From positions 620,001 to 684,000 of the forward strand of contig JAQGDQ010000068.1 of assembly GCA_030141605.1 (NCBI GenBank): a stretch of DNA of 64,000 nucleotides. The letters are read 5' to 3'. Every line of letters starts with the position of its first letter. Position 1 is the stretch's first letter. This document shows, piece by piece, positions 36,301-47,600 of this stretch. Source of the stretch: Tubiluchus corallicola (Eukaryota; Animalia; Priapulida). The notes beneath the pieces were generated by a model. It was not told the DNA's origin and did not search any database. It saw nothing but the letters and a program-made list of their open reading frames with translations. The position numbers and the translations under genes are program-made.

Positions 36301-38966
36301 AGGTATATTCTTAACTTCCGTTACTAAAGGCTAATACTAAGGCACAGTCTGCAACCACACTGACTTTTTTGTATTAATCTTCATTGAAATATAGGCGAGC
36401 ACATTATATAAAGTATACTGTAGGTAACAGAGCTTCATTCTTAATTATTTATAAATAATTAGGATTACTCTTTAATTCTTTACTCTTTAATCGCAAAGTT
36501 TCCATGATCCCCAGTGAATGCTAAGCAACTACCATCCCAGACCTGACCCTTCCATTTAACCAAGTGCTACTTTCATAACACATTTTCTTCACCGTATTAT
36601 TAGAAATATTACTTCGAACTATAAGGAAAGCAAAGAAAAATTACGAAAAATGACAAGTAATGTCAATAAAATCGCACCCTAAACGTTTCTGGGTGTATGT
36701 CAACCACAATTTAAAGAAACGAGACAAGATACCTACATTAAAGGAAAATGGAAAGGAAGTCGCTGATGATGCATGTAAAGCTGAACTACTTAACGAATAT
36801 TTTTTTAATGTTTTCATGGAAGAAGATGACCAAGCTGCTGTGTACCAATCACTCGTACGAATGTACAGATCAACACTGTTTGCATTACTGAAAAGAATGT
36901 ATCCAAAGGCGTAACTGAACTCAAAGCTGATTCCTCCATGGGACCAGATGGTATTCATCCATTTGCAATAAAACAATTGGTTGCTAGTTTAACACCACCA
37001 TTAGTATGTATTTTTAAAAAATCAGTTAATGAGGGCAAATTACCACAAGCATGGAAGAATTCAATTGTATCTCTGATTTTAAAGAAAGGGCAGTGCGAAC
37101 AAAAAACTAACTACAGACCGATAACCTTAACATCAATTATATGTAAACTTCTTGAGAAAGGAATTAGAAATGCTATTTACAACGATTATCAATGAGCTTA
37201 TTACTGTCTCTCAATACAGATTCATAAAAGGAAGTTCCTAAGTTCCTGCATTTTAAACCTACTCGAGTCTCTAAATGACTGGTAATAAAGCTCTGGACAA
37301 TGGGTCTTCTGTTGACATAATATTTTACGATTTGCAGAAGGCTTTTGATAAAATTCCACATAGAAAACTTTTGTTAAAACTTGCCGCACATGGAATCTCT
37401 GGCAACCTCTACAACTGGATAGAAAACTTTCTTAAAGACCGCTCACAATGCGTTCGAATCAACTATGAGGAATCTTCATGGAGACCCGTTAGCAGCGGAG
37501 TGCCACAGGAAAGTGTATTAGGGCCTATACTATTCCTTATGTTCATGAACGATCTACCCGACAATATAGATTCATTAGTGAAAATGTTTGCCGATGATAT
37601 AAAAATCTATAGTGACTACCATAGACCCCAGAATGATATGAACTTATTAGACTAATGGTCACAAACTTGGCAAATGCCTTTCAATGTGGAAAAGCGTAAG
37701 GCTCTACACTCAAGGAAAGACAATGTAACTCATGGCTACTATATACACAACCATACAAATCAGTCAATACCAATAATAGCAGTAACAAAACAGAAAGACT
37801 TGGGTGTTTAATTGACCAGTCTCCCATGTTTGATGAACACATTGACGAAATATCCAAACGAGCTAGGAAATGATTATGGATGATGATAAGGTGCTCTTAC
37901 ACCTATATGGATACTGATATGATGACCATTTTATACAAAACATTCATAAGACCAATATAAGACTATGGTGATGTAATTTGGTGTCCATCCAAACTTCTAG
38001 CAGTGCATAAGGTAGAATCTACTCAACAGAAAGTCACCAGATTAGTACCATCAATTAAAGATCAACCGTATGCAGACAGAATTCAGAGCATGAATTTATC
38101 ATCCTTACGTTTCAGAAGAAAAAGAGGTGACAAAATCATGCTGTATCGTATATACAACAACCTTACAAGAATTGATAGCAGAAAACATTTTACAGTTAAT
38201 CCACGTGGAGCGGGATACAAGATTACAAACCCCAGATGTAGAAACAAGAACAGATTCATATTCAGAGTGATAAATGATTGGAACTCCCTCACCACATCAA
38301 TATGGAGCACCACATCAGCAGATCAATTCAAGAAGAAATTAGACATGTATTGGGAAGATCATCCAACGAAGTTTCATGATCAGTTTCAGCCTGAGTGGAC
38401 TTTGGACGTTGCATTAGAACCTAACCTCTCTGCAACACCATTTCAGTCTATCATAAATCAACACATCTGACCCGTTTGCCATACCAGCACAGAGCTTGCT
38501 TTCTCACCATACCATGACAACTGCCGCTAGGCGGTACTTCCACTTGAAACAGACAACATAATTATAAAACGCGAGAGAGAAAACTTGTGATAAAACAATT
38601 CATAGAGATTTATCAAAGAGAGACAACTATGGGCAAAGAGCCTACTTATGTTATAGGCTTCGTCCTGTCGATTTACGGTAATCTACGGTAATAATATTAC
38701 AACAATTCCTACAAGGCGGCATTTACACCAGAGAAACAACTTTACTTTAGTTTAGAGAGAAAACAACATTAACAAACGCGAGAGAAAACGATAAACAGAG
38801 GTATAACGAGATAAAAGTCCATAATAAAAAGGATCTTACTTTCATCAAATTCGGGCGCCTTCGAATTATTCTCATTTTGCTTTATAAATCTGATAATAGC
38901 CTCATTTCTTTTATTTTGGCACTCCACTCCAGTTAGCAAAAGATCATACTCAACTCCTAAATCCAT
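12838..38966 (-). CDS. NHLRC2: NHL repeat-containing protein 2 (thioredoxin-like domain + NHL beta-propeller + C-terminal beta domain), 11 exons, 713 aa
   Basis: Minus-strand exons 38966-38840, 36130-35978 ([23 protein letters not shown]), 35123-34904 ([11 protein letters not shown]), 34304-34082, 32561-32427, 32345-32213 (SSPWDV), 31049-30956 ([10 protein letters not shown]), 29232-29013 (FAQPS, ADSESS), 27616-27494 ([15 protein letters not shown]), 26471-26033 (FNEPGG) and 13112-12838. All GT-AG, 2142 nt in frame. Confidence 0.93.
13405..13765. repeat. GC-rich degenerate 28-bp minisatellite
   Basis: Units start at 13618, 13646, 13674 and 13702 (period 28). Consensus is approximately GAGCTCACCAGGCTGGAGATCATGGTCG; more divergent copies lie upstream. 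Confidence 0.85.
13790..14300 (-). mobile_element. Probable decayed L2-type LINE 3' end
   Basis: Minus strand shows a degenerate G.K.LW-like coding remnant, then an AT-rich UTR ending AATAAATAAAAGGACAAACAAATAAA. Weak. Confidence 0.3.
14650..14970 (-). mobile_element. Possible tRNA-derived SINE remnant just upstream of the P450
   Basis: Minus-strand A-box-like TAGGCCTCGTTG (14961-14950) and B-box GGTTCAAGGCC (14922-14912) at roughly tRNA-like spacing. No tRNA cloverleaf. Confidence 0.35.
15146..16654 (+). CDS. Microsomal cytochrome P450, clan 2 (CYP17-like/CYP2U-like), intronless CDS, 502 aa
   Basis: N-terminal membrane anchor, basic patch and PG..FPLVGNL hinge; FAGRP; WxxxR (WQVQR); I-helix [10 protein letters not shown]; K-helix EVMR; PERF; haem motif [14 protein letters not shown] uninterrupted. 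AATAAA near 16982 and 17111. Confidence 0.97.
   Translation: MTGTSSIMKSFGDLRVWLVLFVTVCLAYYLKFRRKIAPGLFSFPLVGNLPQIYYHSFTTPLYKYCQQLAKQYGPVISIDFGIQTTVVINSVEEALEALVKKQNDFAGRPESWSMEKMSEGYKDIVAATLSPTWQVQRKLGHSAFRHFASRASLVQRIHGCFTDIAYVIDNLEGKFNPKEYIYNMMYSIINSMTFGSTFDFSDEQFKKLRAASDRLNTLAAAGFAPDYIPFLRYFPRTPAQKDFLKQMDCLSEYGYAQFYKHVKTFNKDDTRDICDDVLLAREEASKEEVAELTNAHLVNLLLDIFFAGTDTTAMTLLWAFLYMVAYPDVQRKVQQELDDVTGYSRLPNYDKDKPRLPYCDAVIHEVMRIKPLAPLLLPHTTTVDTSVGGYAIPKDTMVMVNIYNIHHDPTKWDDPYAFKPERFLDDEGKIKTKIPSFMPFSAGRRVCLGESIAKVDIFVIFACFMQRYSMTMPQAEKADLTEKQQPLGIEPKPYNMVMKKRF
18484..19160. mobile_element. MITE with long imperfect TIRs and an internal tandem duplication
   Basis: GCTGAATTTTTGCACAGACACCCAGAA...ACAACATATTA (18524-18560) is inverted at 19056-19105, with weaker similarity outward. 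The interior has ~2.3 copies of a ~130-150-bp unit (GAATGACCTTGAAACACTATTTT...TATATCAGCTGGTAA...CTTAAATGCC). Confidence 0.75.
20286..20432 (+). mobile_element. Possible Nin-domain SINE core remnant
   Basis: CTCTACCCAGTTCGATAAATGGGGTGCACC resembles the SINE central motif CTCCACCCAG..GTATAAATGGGTACC; ends in an A-run. Confidence 0.3.
22230..22860. repeat. Degenerate array of ACTTT(CTG) motifs with an opposite-orientation arm
   Basis: TAAAAG(T/C) / AAAAGTCAG words at 22245-22400, then recurring CTGACTTT / TCTACTTTCTG words at roughly 30-bp spacing over 22505-22850. Confidence 0.5.
27104..27362. repeat. 33-bp tandem duplication followed by a GA-rich microsatellite
   Basis: AAGTTTGGTTCACAAGAAAAAGAGAGAAAGAGA x2 (27104, 27137), then (GA)n with G-run interruptions. 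Confidence 0.92.
29421..30100 (+). mobile_element. 5'-truncated L2/Crack-type LINE 3' end in an NHLRC2 intron, antisense to host
   Basis: Frameshifted remnant LPGNLQERF...[38 protein letters not shown]. The 3' UTR has a GGGGAAGGA...TCCTCCC stem and GAAATAAA followed by ATT repeats. Confidence 0.7.
32905..33603. mobile_element. hAT-type MITE
   Basis: TIRs TAGGGATGTTACCAA / TTGCTAACATCCCTG (Ac/Ds-like YAGGGATG). 8-bp flanks AAAACATG / ATAGCATG (6/8). Subterminal ACCGAAA-type repeats. Confidence 0.8.
35319..35735. mobile_element. hAT-type MITE
   Basis: Perfect 16-bp TIR CAGGGATGTGCCGATA / TATCGGCACATCCCTG and internal ATCGG repeats. No matching TSD. Confidence 0.8.
36600..38692 (+). mobile_element. 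5'-truncated CR1-type LINE (reverse transcriptase pseudogene) in NHLRC2 intron 1, antisense to host
   Basis: Broken ORF2 pieces [69 protein letters not shown] and RVINDWNSL, with several stops and frameshifts. The 3' end has an AGCCTA...TAGGCT hairpin and a TACGGTAAT x2 tail. Confidence 0.93.
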
Positions 38967-39460
38967 TTCGAATGCTATACTTTCACAGTATTTAAAAATA
39001 CACTTTCCTTTCAAACATGTGAGTGACACTAATGCGGGAAATCTTTGCTTCCGTTTGGTAAACTGGGAACTTGAAAACTGGGAAACAAAATATGTCAAGT
39101 GATTAGTGATTACCCATGTTACTTATTTAGTTTGTTTACAATTTTTGCAGTACTGACAGTTCATGTTAAGATAGTTTATGTTAAAATGCACCAGTAAGAG
39201 TTGCCTTGGAGGAAGCTCTAAAATCTTGCAAGAAACCACCTGGCAAATGAACAACAACTCGGATTGCTAAGATCAATAAAGATGTTAAACAACTTCAACT
39301 AAATTTACCTTTACTAGGAGTTTAAGAACTTAAGCTGTTAGCTGCAGATAGGAATGGATGGAATACTCTAGTAAATGTTAATGCCTCAATGTCTACAATA
39401 GATGGAATGAGAATTTGAAAAGGAAGAAGACAATTTATGTACCGGAAGTGGTGCTGACAA
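38967..39460. promoter_or_regulatory. Candidate shared divergent promoter region of NHLRC2 and SERAC1
   Basis: The two genes are head-to-head. E2F-type GCGGGAAA at 39034-39041, CTTCCG near 39048, AACTGGGAA x2 at 39061-39084 and ETS/GABP-type ACCGGAAGTG at 39441-39450. TSS positions unknown. Confidence 0.4.
39185..39432 (+). mobile_element. RTE-type LINE 3' fragment
   Basis: NAPVRVALEEALKSCKKPPGK*TTTRIAKINKD...LAADRNGWNTLV matches the RTE C-terminal pattern (P.R.AL...GRP..TW...I.KD...A.DR..W). Confidence 0.7.
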
Positions 39461-40059
39461 GCCACTGGCATACCATACCAATAGGTTAGCTATTTGGGCC
39501 TCATGCATATGGACAGCAAGAAAATTAAAACATAAAGACTGGTAAACATATGTACGCTTGCATACCAAAACTGTCCATAAGTCGGCATAGTTAAAACTAC
39601 TTGTGATGCTTCAAAGTAAAATGCACCAAAATTTTGGTCTAATGTTACTTTTTTTATAAAAACAAACGCTAAATATATTGGACTTTTATATTCTAGCATC
39701 AAATTATCAAGAGAATGTCCAAAAAATAATAAAAATTTAATTTTATAATCCCGTGCCCATTTCTCTGCGTAGAAACTAGTGCTGCAGTTGCAAAAAACTT
39801 GTATTTTCAAACTCCGATAGTAGCTCGTGGAAGCTGTCATCTGCTTCAGGTTTTTTCTGTTGTCAAGCCCAAATCTTCATCAGGAAGAGCCATCTACTGG
39901 ATTTAGACATAACCTCATGTGCTTTTACAAAATCCGTAGCAACCACACTTTCGTATGGTTGCTAAGTGTTTTGTGGTGACGCGACAAAAACAATGGCTGA
40001 TTTTAACAGCGATTTTCTCAAGATTACACTTTTTCACTGCATAGACTGCACCTTAACTT

Positions 40060-40520
40060 CAACATGGATTATCTCAGCTTAGAAATAACATACAGCAATG
40101 AACTTCATATCACAATGATCCTTGTGAAATGGAGATTCAGGGTCTGTGAACAACTAGAAAACATTAATTGCCGACTTATGGACGTTTTTGCTATGCAAGC
40201 ACTCTTCCAAAATAAAGTACAACTATATATGTCAGTGGCTTGTCAGCAGCGCTTCAGATCAGGTGGGTCTTACTCTAAGGTTACCAGAAGATAGTCTACT
40301 TACTAAAGCTTTCCATGAATTAATTCAATTGTCAAAGACACCAAGCGGCAGCAGATTACTTACACGTATTGATTTTACGCAAAAAGATCTCAATGCAACA
40401 TCTCTAATTCTGAAAGGTACTTCATTCTGGAGAGTAGCTAAGGACCGAAGAGCTTGGTAGCAGAAGGTTAATAGTGTTATGTCCTCCGACAAATGAACTC
40501 AAAACATAATGATGATGATT
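40060..40520 (+). mobile_element. RTE-type LINE 3' fragment
   Basis: LRLPEDSLLTKAFHELIQLSKTPSGSRLLTRIDFTQKDL...VAKDRRAW, followed by an (ATG)n tail at ~40509-40519. Confidence 0.7.
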
Positions 40521-40609
40521 TTTGGTTGATTACTGCTGCATTTACCTGTCTTGAAGGCAGATTTTTTGTATTTTAAAATTCCTAGTGATTTAGAAATGAT
40601 TAGTGATTT

Positions 40610-40880
40610 ATGGGCACTCTTCCAAACACCAAAGATGATATTAAAAATAAAAAGCAACAAGCAAGCTTGTTTTTTAAAGATAAGATGGTGGTACAAATGT
40701 GAAGATTTATACACTATAATGAAAAAAAATTCCTTGGAGTTGAAAAGTCAAGTTCCGAAGATTAAGATGGCTAGGACACTTAAGATTACCAAGTGAATCA
40801 CCAGTAAGAATCGCCTTAAAACCTTGCAAAAAAAGCCACCTGGCAAACCAAAAACAACTTGGATATGAAAACGTTGATTG
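40610..40880 (+). mobile_element. RTE-type LINE fragment
   Basis: KFRRLRWLGHLRLPSESPVRIALKPCKK.PPGKPKTTWI; nucleotide similarity to the 39185 fragment. Confidence 0.7.
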
Positions 40881-41695
40881 CCCTTTCACCCTTGCGGGCT
40901 TCATCAGCTGAAAAATTACAGATAACATCTTAAAAACTGTATATATCTGCATGAAATAAGGATATTAAAAACAAAAATAGTAGCTAAACTTCCCTGATTT
41001 AAGATACAATAAGTTGGAGTAAGAGCAAAATTTAAGCTTAATTCAGACAATTGCTTGGCACTGAGCACTCCATTTTAAATTGTAAATGAACTTGTCTTGC
41101 GATGCTATAGTGAAAGCTATGCATCCTGACATGTCAAAAACAACAGAGTACCAATTGAACGAGACTCTGATAGTAGAAACTTCCCTTATTAAATCACAAG
41201 AAAGAAAAAGAAACAAACAATGCACGTAAAGGAATACTATCAACACTAGTGGTTGACTTGCGAAACCTCAAAAGAATTAGATATCGCAGTGGTTTCACAA
41301 ATGGTTAATTAAATCAATACATTAGATTGGACTAGGCTGGCAAGTGTGGTTACTGGTGTTATATGTGTACGTTGTGGATGTCTATCATCTGTGCACTTAC
41401 TGCTAACTTAATGAAAGCTGGAATTTATGTTCAAGTTTTATTTACAGTAACAAAATTTACTACGTTTTGTCAAATATTTGGTGAACTGCAAAGCATGATT
41501 TTAAATAGATACCGCATTATTGTTTGTGTAAGTGTGTACACGTGTCTTAATAATTAAATTAGTTAAACATCCTTTGAGTTTTTACAAGCACTGAGCAGTG
41601 CTTTTACAAATAACTTGATTAAATATAATAAAGAATTTTCTTTGTCCTGCCTAGGTTGTGTGATGATTGTACATAGCGGCTTGGCAGTTTAAGAC

Positions 41696-44600
41696 ATGGC
41701 TGTGAAAAGGCTGCAAGAAGCATTTGGAACATTATTTCAGTCTCGGCGATGTGCAAAATTCGTTGACAAAGCAAATAATGGCCACAGAAGTAACCTTGCA
41801 GTTGGTAATTCAGATGTTTTAGAAGTCTGTTTCTTAAACATTTGTCATCGTGATTTATAATACTTAGTTGATAAAACAATTTTTTGTGAAATGTTTTTTT
41901 GTGTTTGTGTTTCATAACTTTAAGTGGCCCACACCCAGAAAAACGAATTCAATTGAAGTAAAGAAAATGCACAATTCCTGTACACAACACTTTTCTAAAA
42001 TTTAGGTGTAAAATGTTGTACATGTAGCAGGTTATAATTTGTTTGGTGTTCCCCATACTTCTTCAGTCTTGTAACATCTACTAATTAATCTAAGGAGTGA
42101 CTACATTTTACAAGTGTAAATTTGTCATTTACAGTTTTGTTGCCCAAGAAATTCAATGTTAATTTTATTTTGCAGGCTATGTAGTTTCGTCTGCAGTTGC
42201 TGTCAGGTAGGTTATTGCTGCATGAGTTTTTTTTTAATTTGGGTGTTGTTTAGGTTTTGCAGCTGCAGTAAAAATAAATAAATAAACAAATATAAATAAT
42301 TATTTATCTGTAAGTAGAATTTCTTATTTATTTAATATAAAAAGTTTTAATTAAAAAACTTGGTGTGTATGTCCTAACAGTGCTGTTGCTAGTTAACAAA
42401 ATTAAATGAAAATGCCTGTTGTATTGTGATACATTGCCTTACTTTTACAGTGTTGTTTGGTTATTCAAGGATATATTATCTAGCAGCAGTGATGACAATG
42501 CAAGCAAACATATGCAATATGCACACTGTCAAGATAAAAGTGATGGCAGTCAAACAGTATCATCTAGTTCAAAGATAGACTCGGAGTCCAATTTGCTAAC
42601 CCGTTAGTATAATTAATTATCTATTATGATGACAGCCTATGCTTTAAGTAGTGGTAGTTCAAAATATTTTGTAAAGGTAATCTAGTATACTATAAGTCCT
42701 TGCTTAATAATAGCCTGTTTAGTGCTAGTAACTACTCTTATTACATTGAGATTTTTCTATCCACATTCTCCGTTTAGCAGCAAATTTTTAACTTTACTGT
42801 TAACATTAAAATTGTTTCTTTCATGTTGACATTTCCTGAAAATCTGCTTGTAACATAATTTTTTATCTACAATAATTGTTTTTTCTTTCTCTTTACAAAT
42901 GTAAATATGTTTGAATGTAATAAAATTTTCATAGGGCATAAACAGCATGTTAGCAGACAAGAATATAGCACTCGCTTAACCAGTATGGCTGATATAAGTA
43001 AACAACTGCAGAAGCTAGCAGAGCACAAGCCAAAAATTGTGTCTTGGGTGGAGTCATACAGCGAAGATCCATGGAAGTTACTGAGCTTATGCATCTGCAA
43101 GCACCATGCTGTAAGGCTGCTTGGTGTCAAGGCTTTGGCAAGTCAGCATGATTGGCATGGTATGGTAGCACTGTTAATCTACGTTTCGTTAACTTCGTTT
43201 TGAATAATGTGTATGATAAATAAGATGAAACGGGAGAATGAAAAACAGTTTGTAAGATTATATATAATATTTGTTTGTTTAATGGATTAACAAAACAGAT
43301 ATACCTGATATGAGTCTCTTTACGTGCAGTTGCTGTGAATCATTGCATTGTAACATTATTGCATTGAAACACTCTTGTTAGTTTAAAAATCAATAAGAAT
43401 TTCAATGCAAGTAGCATCAAATAAGCACACGTATATATCATTTACTCATAATATATATCACCTGGGCATTAAACAATACAGTAAATAGTCACAATTTAAC
43501 AATACATGAATTCACATCAAAAGAATTGCAAACTGTAATCTGCAAGAACATTAATAATATTGTACTCATTCTTCGGTTATTAAAGTTACCAGACTTAGCG
43601 TATTTTATTTAAACCTTTTCGCTGATTTTATAAAATTTTGAACTATGCTAAACAGAAGCTCGTTGTTGCGAGTTTTCATTAAATTCCTCATAGACTTGCA
43701 TATAGATTTATAACTAAAATTTACAAATTCCTGCTGACTGATAAAATTGTTACAGAGTAACTCATTTAGGAAGATATTTCATTCATTTCCATAACATACA
43801 CATTCAAAAAAGTAACGCATAACCGATCTATTACTAGAACGTTCTGGATTATCTAAAATTTGTAAAATTAGGAAAGAATCAATTGGCTGAAAGCAGGTGT
43901 AAGCTTATGTCTCGAACATGCAAGTCACGACATACATGTGAGGTGAATTGTGATATAATGTGAAAAGTTGTCCACCCTGTAATATAACATAATTTTGAAT
44001 TTTCTTCTCGATAAACAGTTTGGGGTTAGGTAAATGATTAAGCACTAACTCACCTAATTGTTCTCTTTTGCAGATGCACAGTTTTTACAAATTGCACAAG
44101 CTTGTGATATGAGGACGCTAATTGGTCTTGCTCGAACAGAGGGATCAGATCTTAGACTTTTTCGTCCACCACCTAAACTACATGCTGATAAGGTTATAAT
44201 TTCTCTCTTCGGTCATTATTTTATCATTATGATTTATCTTTCTTATGTAAAATTGCTTTATTACTGGGAAATAAATTTGGTATTATACTTTTAGGATTGG
44301 TTTGTAGGAAAAAAATTTTTAATCCGTGATGTATATATCTACTTATGTATATGTATGTAAAATGGTATGAGAATTTGGAAATTTGACGTAGCCATCAATA
44401 GACTCCAGAATTTATGAATGTAAAACATTTATAAAGCTTCAATGAAACCTGTCTTACTTCTTCCCTTGAGAATGTGAAATAGGCATCTAGAGCAGCAAGG
44501 GCAGCACAGGCATCTCTTCTGCTCTTTCTGTAAACAGACTTTTATATTTTTCAGTTGTTTGAATAAAGTCACATAAGAGTCATTTAAAGAATTTTTAGCA

Positions 44601-47600
44601 TTCATTTGAACTGAGACTTAATTTAACTAGAAATGAACACATGCTCTTGTGTTAATCTGCTAATAAGTTTTTCATTTTGCAGAACCTAGTTTTCCTATTT
44701 TTTTAAACAGCTAAGACACTGTTCATTTCCATTAAAACTATTGTTTCTTAGGACAGCACAGAAGATAAGTTGGGAGTTATTTTATCGTTATTGCCTCTAG
44801 ACGACATGGACAAATGTGTCGAATACTTCACCAAATTTGCAGCAAAGGCTCATAAAACTGCTGTTAAAGATGAGGTAACAACTTGCAAACCAATTGTTTT
44901 ACAAGTTTTTAATTGATCTGCTAGCTTTTGTTTTGTGTTTTAAAGTGTGGTCATAAGAAAGACTTACTGTAGTCAGTCTGTAATAATGATATTTAAATCA
45001 GCCACTCAGTAAAATGTAATAGAAAATCGTCAGTCACTACTTCCGTTGGTCACTAAACCCATGTCATATAATCATATTATTGACTTCTTTGCTATATTAG
45101 CAAAATGAAAAATTGCTGTAGACACGTGTAAAATTGCTTAAAGAAAATCGTCAGCTAAGAAAACGTGGTTTTATTTATTGGTGAGTTATGACACAGCACA
45201 TGTTTCCAAGGTTTATCTGGAACTTTGCCCAGGCAACAGAAAATTTCAAAGCTAGTTAGCATGCGCTATAAAAATATTTAGCATCTGTTTACATTTTCAA
45301 TTTTGCCTATATCAAATAGATGGGAAAATTAATACAATGGCAAATCTGGTACTACGGAGAAAATGTACCCCACTGAATTGTACTCAAACTAAGTAATGTG
45401 TGTGAGTTTAAATGATATCTGCTTATAGCAAACAGATAACAATTTAGACACATAAGAGGACAGGTCATGGCTTTATACTGCAATAACATAACTAAATAAA
45501 GATGCTTGGGGTGTCTTTACACATCATTTCCGTGGGTCGAGTGTTAATCAAATTTGTCTATGTACAGGTTTGCACATAACCTTTTGCTGGATGGTTACAA
45601 AGACTACAAGTAATGTTATATAGCAATACATTGCATCAAAGAATTGCTGAAACAATACAGAATCTATCATACCCTCAGTAATTTGTGTGGAAGCCTCCCG
45701 CATCTCACACTGCTTTGACTCTTGGACTGATTTTTTTCTATTGAAACAAATGGCCTGGAAAAGTTTCGGGAACTCATCGGAACTTGATGCATTGGTGCTA
45801 TCCTAATTTGGTGATTTCCTTGATCGCACCAGTCAGATTACAAGCTGTGCGAGATGCATTCTTCACGTTAAAGTGTTCAAAGCATGGTAGGTTCCCTATT
45901 GTTTCAGTAAGACTTTGCTATAATAAGTTGATCTGTTCAGTTACCGGTAGCTTTTGTAACCCCCCATGAAAAGGTTATGTTATTAGTGCACAGTACAAAA
46001 GTGTAACTTTGATATTTTACTTCAAATGATGTCAAACTTTAGCATTTTTATATTATTCACAGTACTGTAGTGTTGACTATCCACTTTTTCGTAGGGAGAA
46101 TTGTTAAGAGCTGTTGCTGGTCATGATGGATCATTTGCTGAAACTCTCAGTCTTGGTCCCGAAGATGCTGTGGAGACATTTTGGTTGTACGCTTTAGCAA
46201 GCCATTCTGAGGTAACTTCTGCTGGCACTGGTCGTGGTCTCAGTCACATGATATTACCTAAAGCTTGGTTGTGATATTTATTTTATAATTTATAAAGTTC
46301 ACGCTCTTACCCTTTCAACATGGTACCATACCAACGACTGAATTTGAAGTTATTGTATTTCTTTTTGAAGCGCTTTATTTACTAAATCTACTTTCTAAGA
46401 AAAGTAGTTTCAGATCGTTTCTCAAAATACAAAGCTATAGTGGTCATAAAGTGGTCAGATCATGAATTTAGTGGTCTTGATACTGGCTTCTTAAAAGTTT
46501 AGGTCTCAGTTTTGTCCTAATCTTAAAATTTGAGTTCTTGTCCTTAATCTTGTTTTGGACTACCATGGTCTTAAGCACATTTCTGACATAATGCGTCTTC
46601 TGCAGTACTTAAACGTTTATTTCAAAAGTTGTTTATAATTTGTCGTCAAGTTCCTAATTAATTTCAGTTTGTAAAAAGCTGTTTTTATATTTCGCAATGA
46701 CCAGGTATTTAAACTGCCCCCCCCCCCCCGTTTACTAAGTACATTTTCTTTTTGTAGAATCCCAAGCAATGCAAGGAGATTGTACGTTTGGGAGGTGTGC
46801 CATTGCTTCGCAGAATATACGAGAAAAGAGCAAATAACTTGCAAATACAGACAGTAATTGCACACATTATAGGCAACTTAGCATTACACGAAGATGTGCA
46901 TCCTCATTTGTACAATGGGGGTACGGTTTGTCTTTCCACGTTACTAAAAACAAAATTAGCATCGTGCTCTTGTCTCCCAGATTAGAGTGAAAACGAAACT
47001 ATATAAATGTGCAAATAAATAAACTATGAGATTTTCAAATTAAAGCTTGTCAGAGTTGAAGATAGGTTTCCTTGCATTTTCTAGATTATTATCATGAACT
47101 GTATTCTTTTGACTTCGTTTTTGAGATGTCTGAAAGAGAGAAATTATGTGATTAAATGTGATGGTTGTATCTTTTCACAACTAATGAGATGGTAGCCAAT
47201 ATGTTATATTTAAATTCTTAGTTCTGCTAATTTGCTAAATAAATTTTAGGTGTTAGACATTACAATGTAATAGACCTCAGATTTAGCTCTCTTATTATCT
47301 TTTCTCATTCTACCTGCATTACTGGCTTTAAAATTTAAATTCAAATATAGTTTATTTCTATGTGAACAATGAGCAACAATTACTGCAACTTGGACACGTT
47401 CAAAGTTTTTTTAAAGTTCTGTCTGTATCGAATTCCAATATCAACTAACTGAATGCTCCATATGACGGTAGATGCTTTTTCCCAGAAACTTAACATCACT
47501 TTAAGTGTTAATGCAGAAATTACATCTTTACATTAGTCTCAAACAATGTCGATCTCATTCGGCCAGCTATGCTCCTCTACTGAGGGTGCTCTAGTTCATT

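Noticed and set aside
36600-38692. Reverse transcriptase as part of a novel system (retron, DGR, domesticated RT)
   Set aside because: Ordinary CR1-type ORF2 motifs, multiple stops and frameshifts, 5' truncation and a LINE tail.
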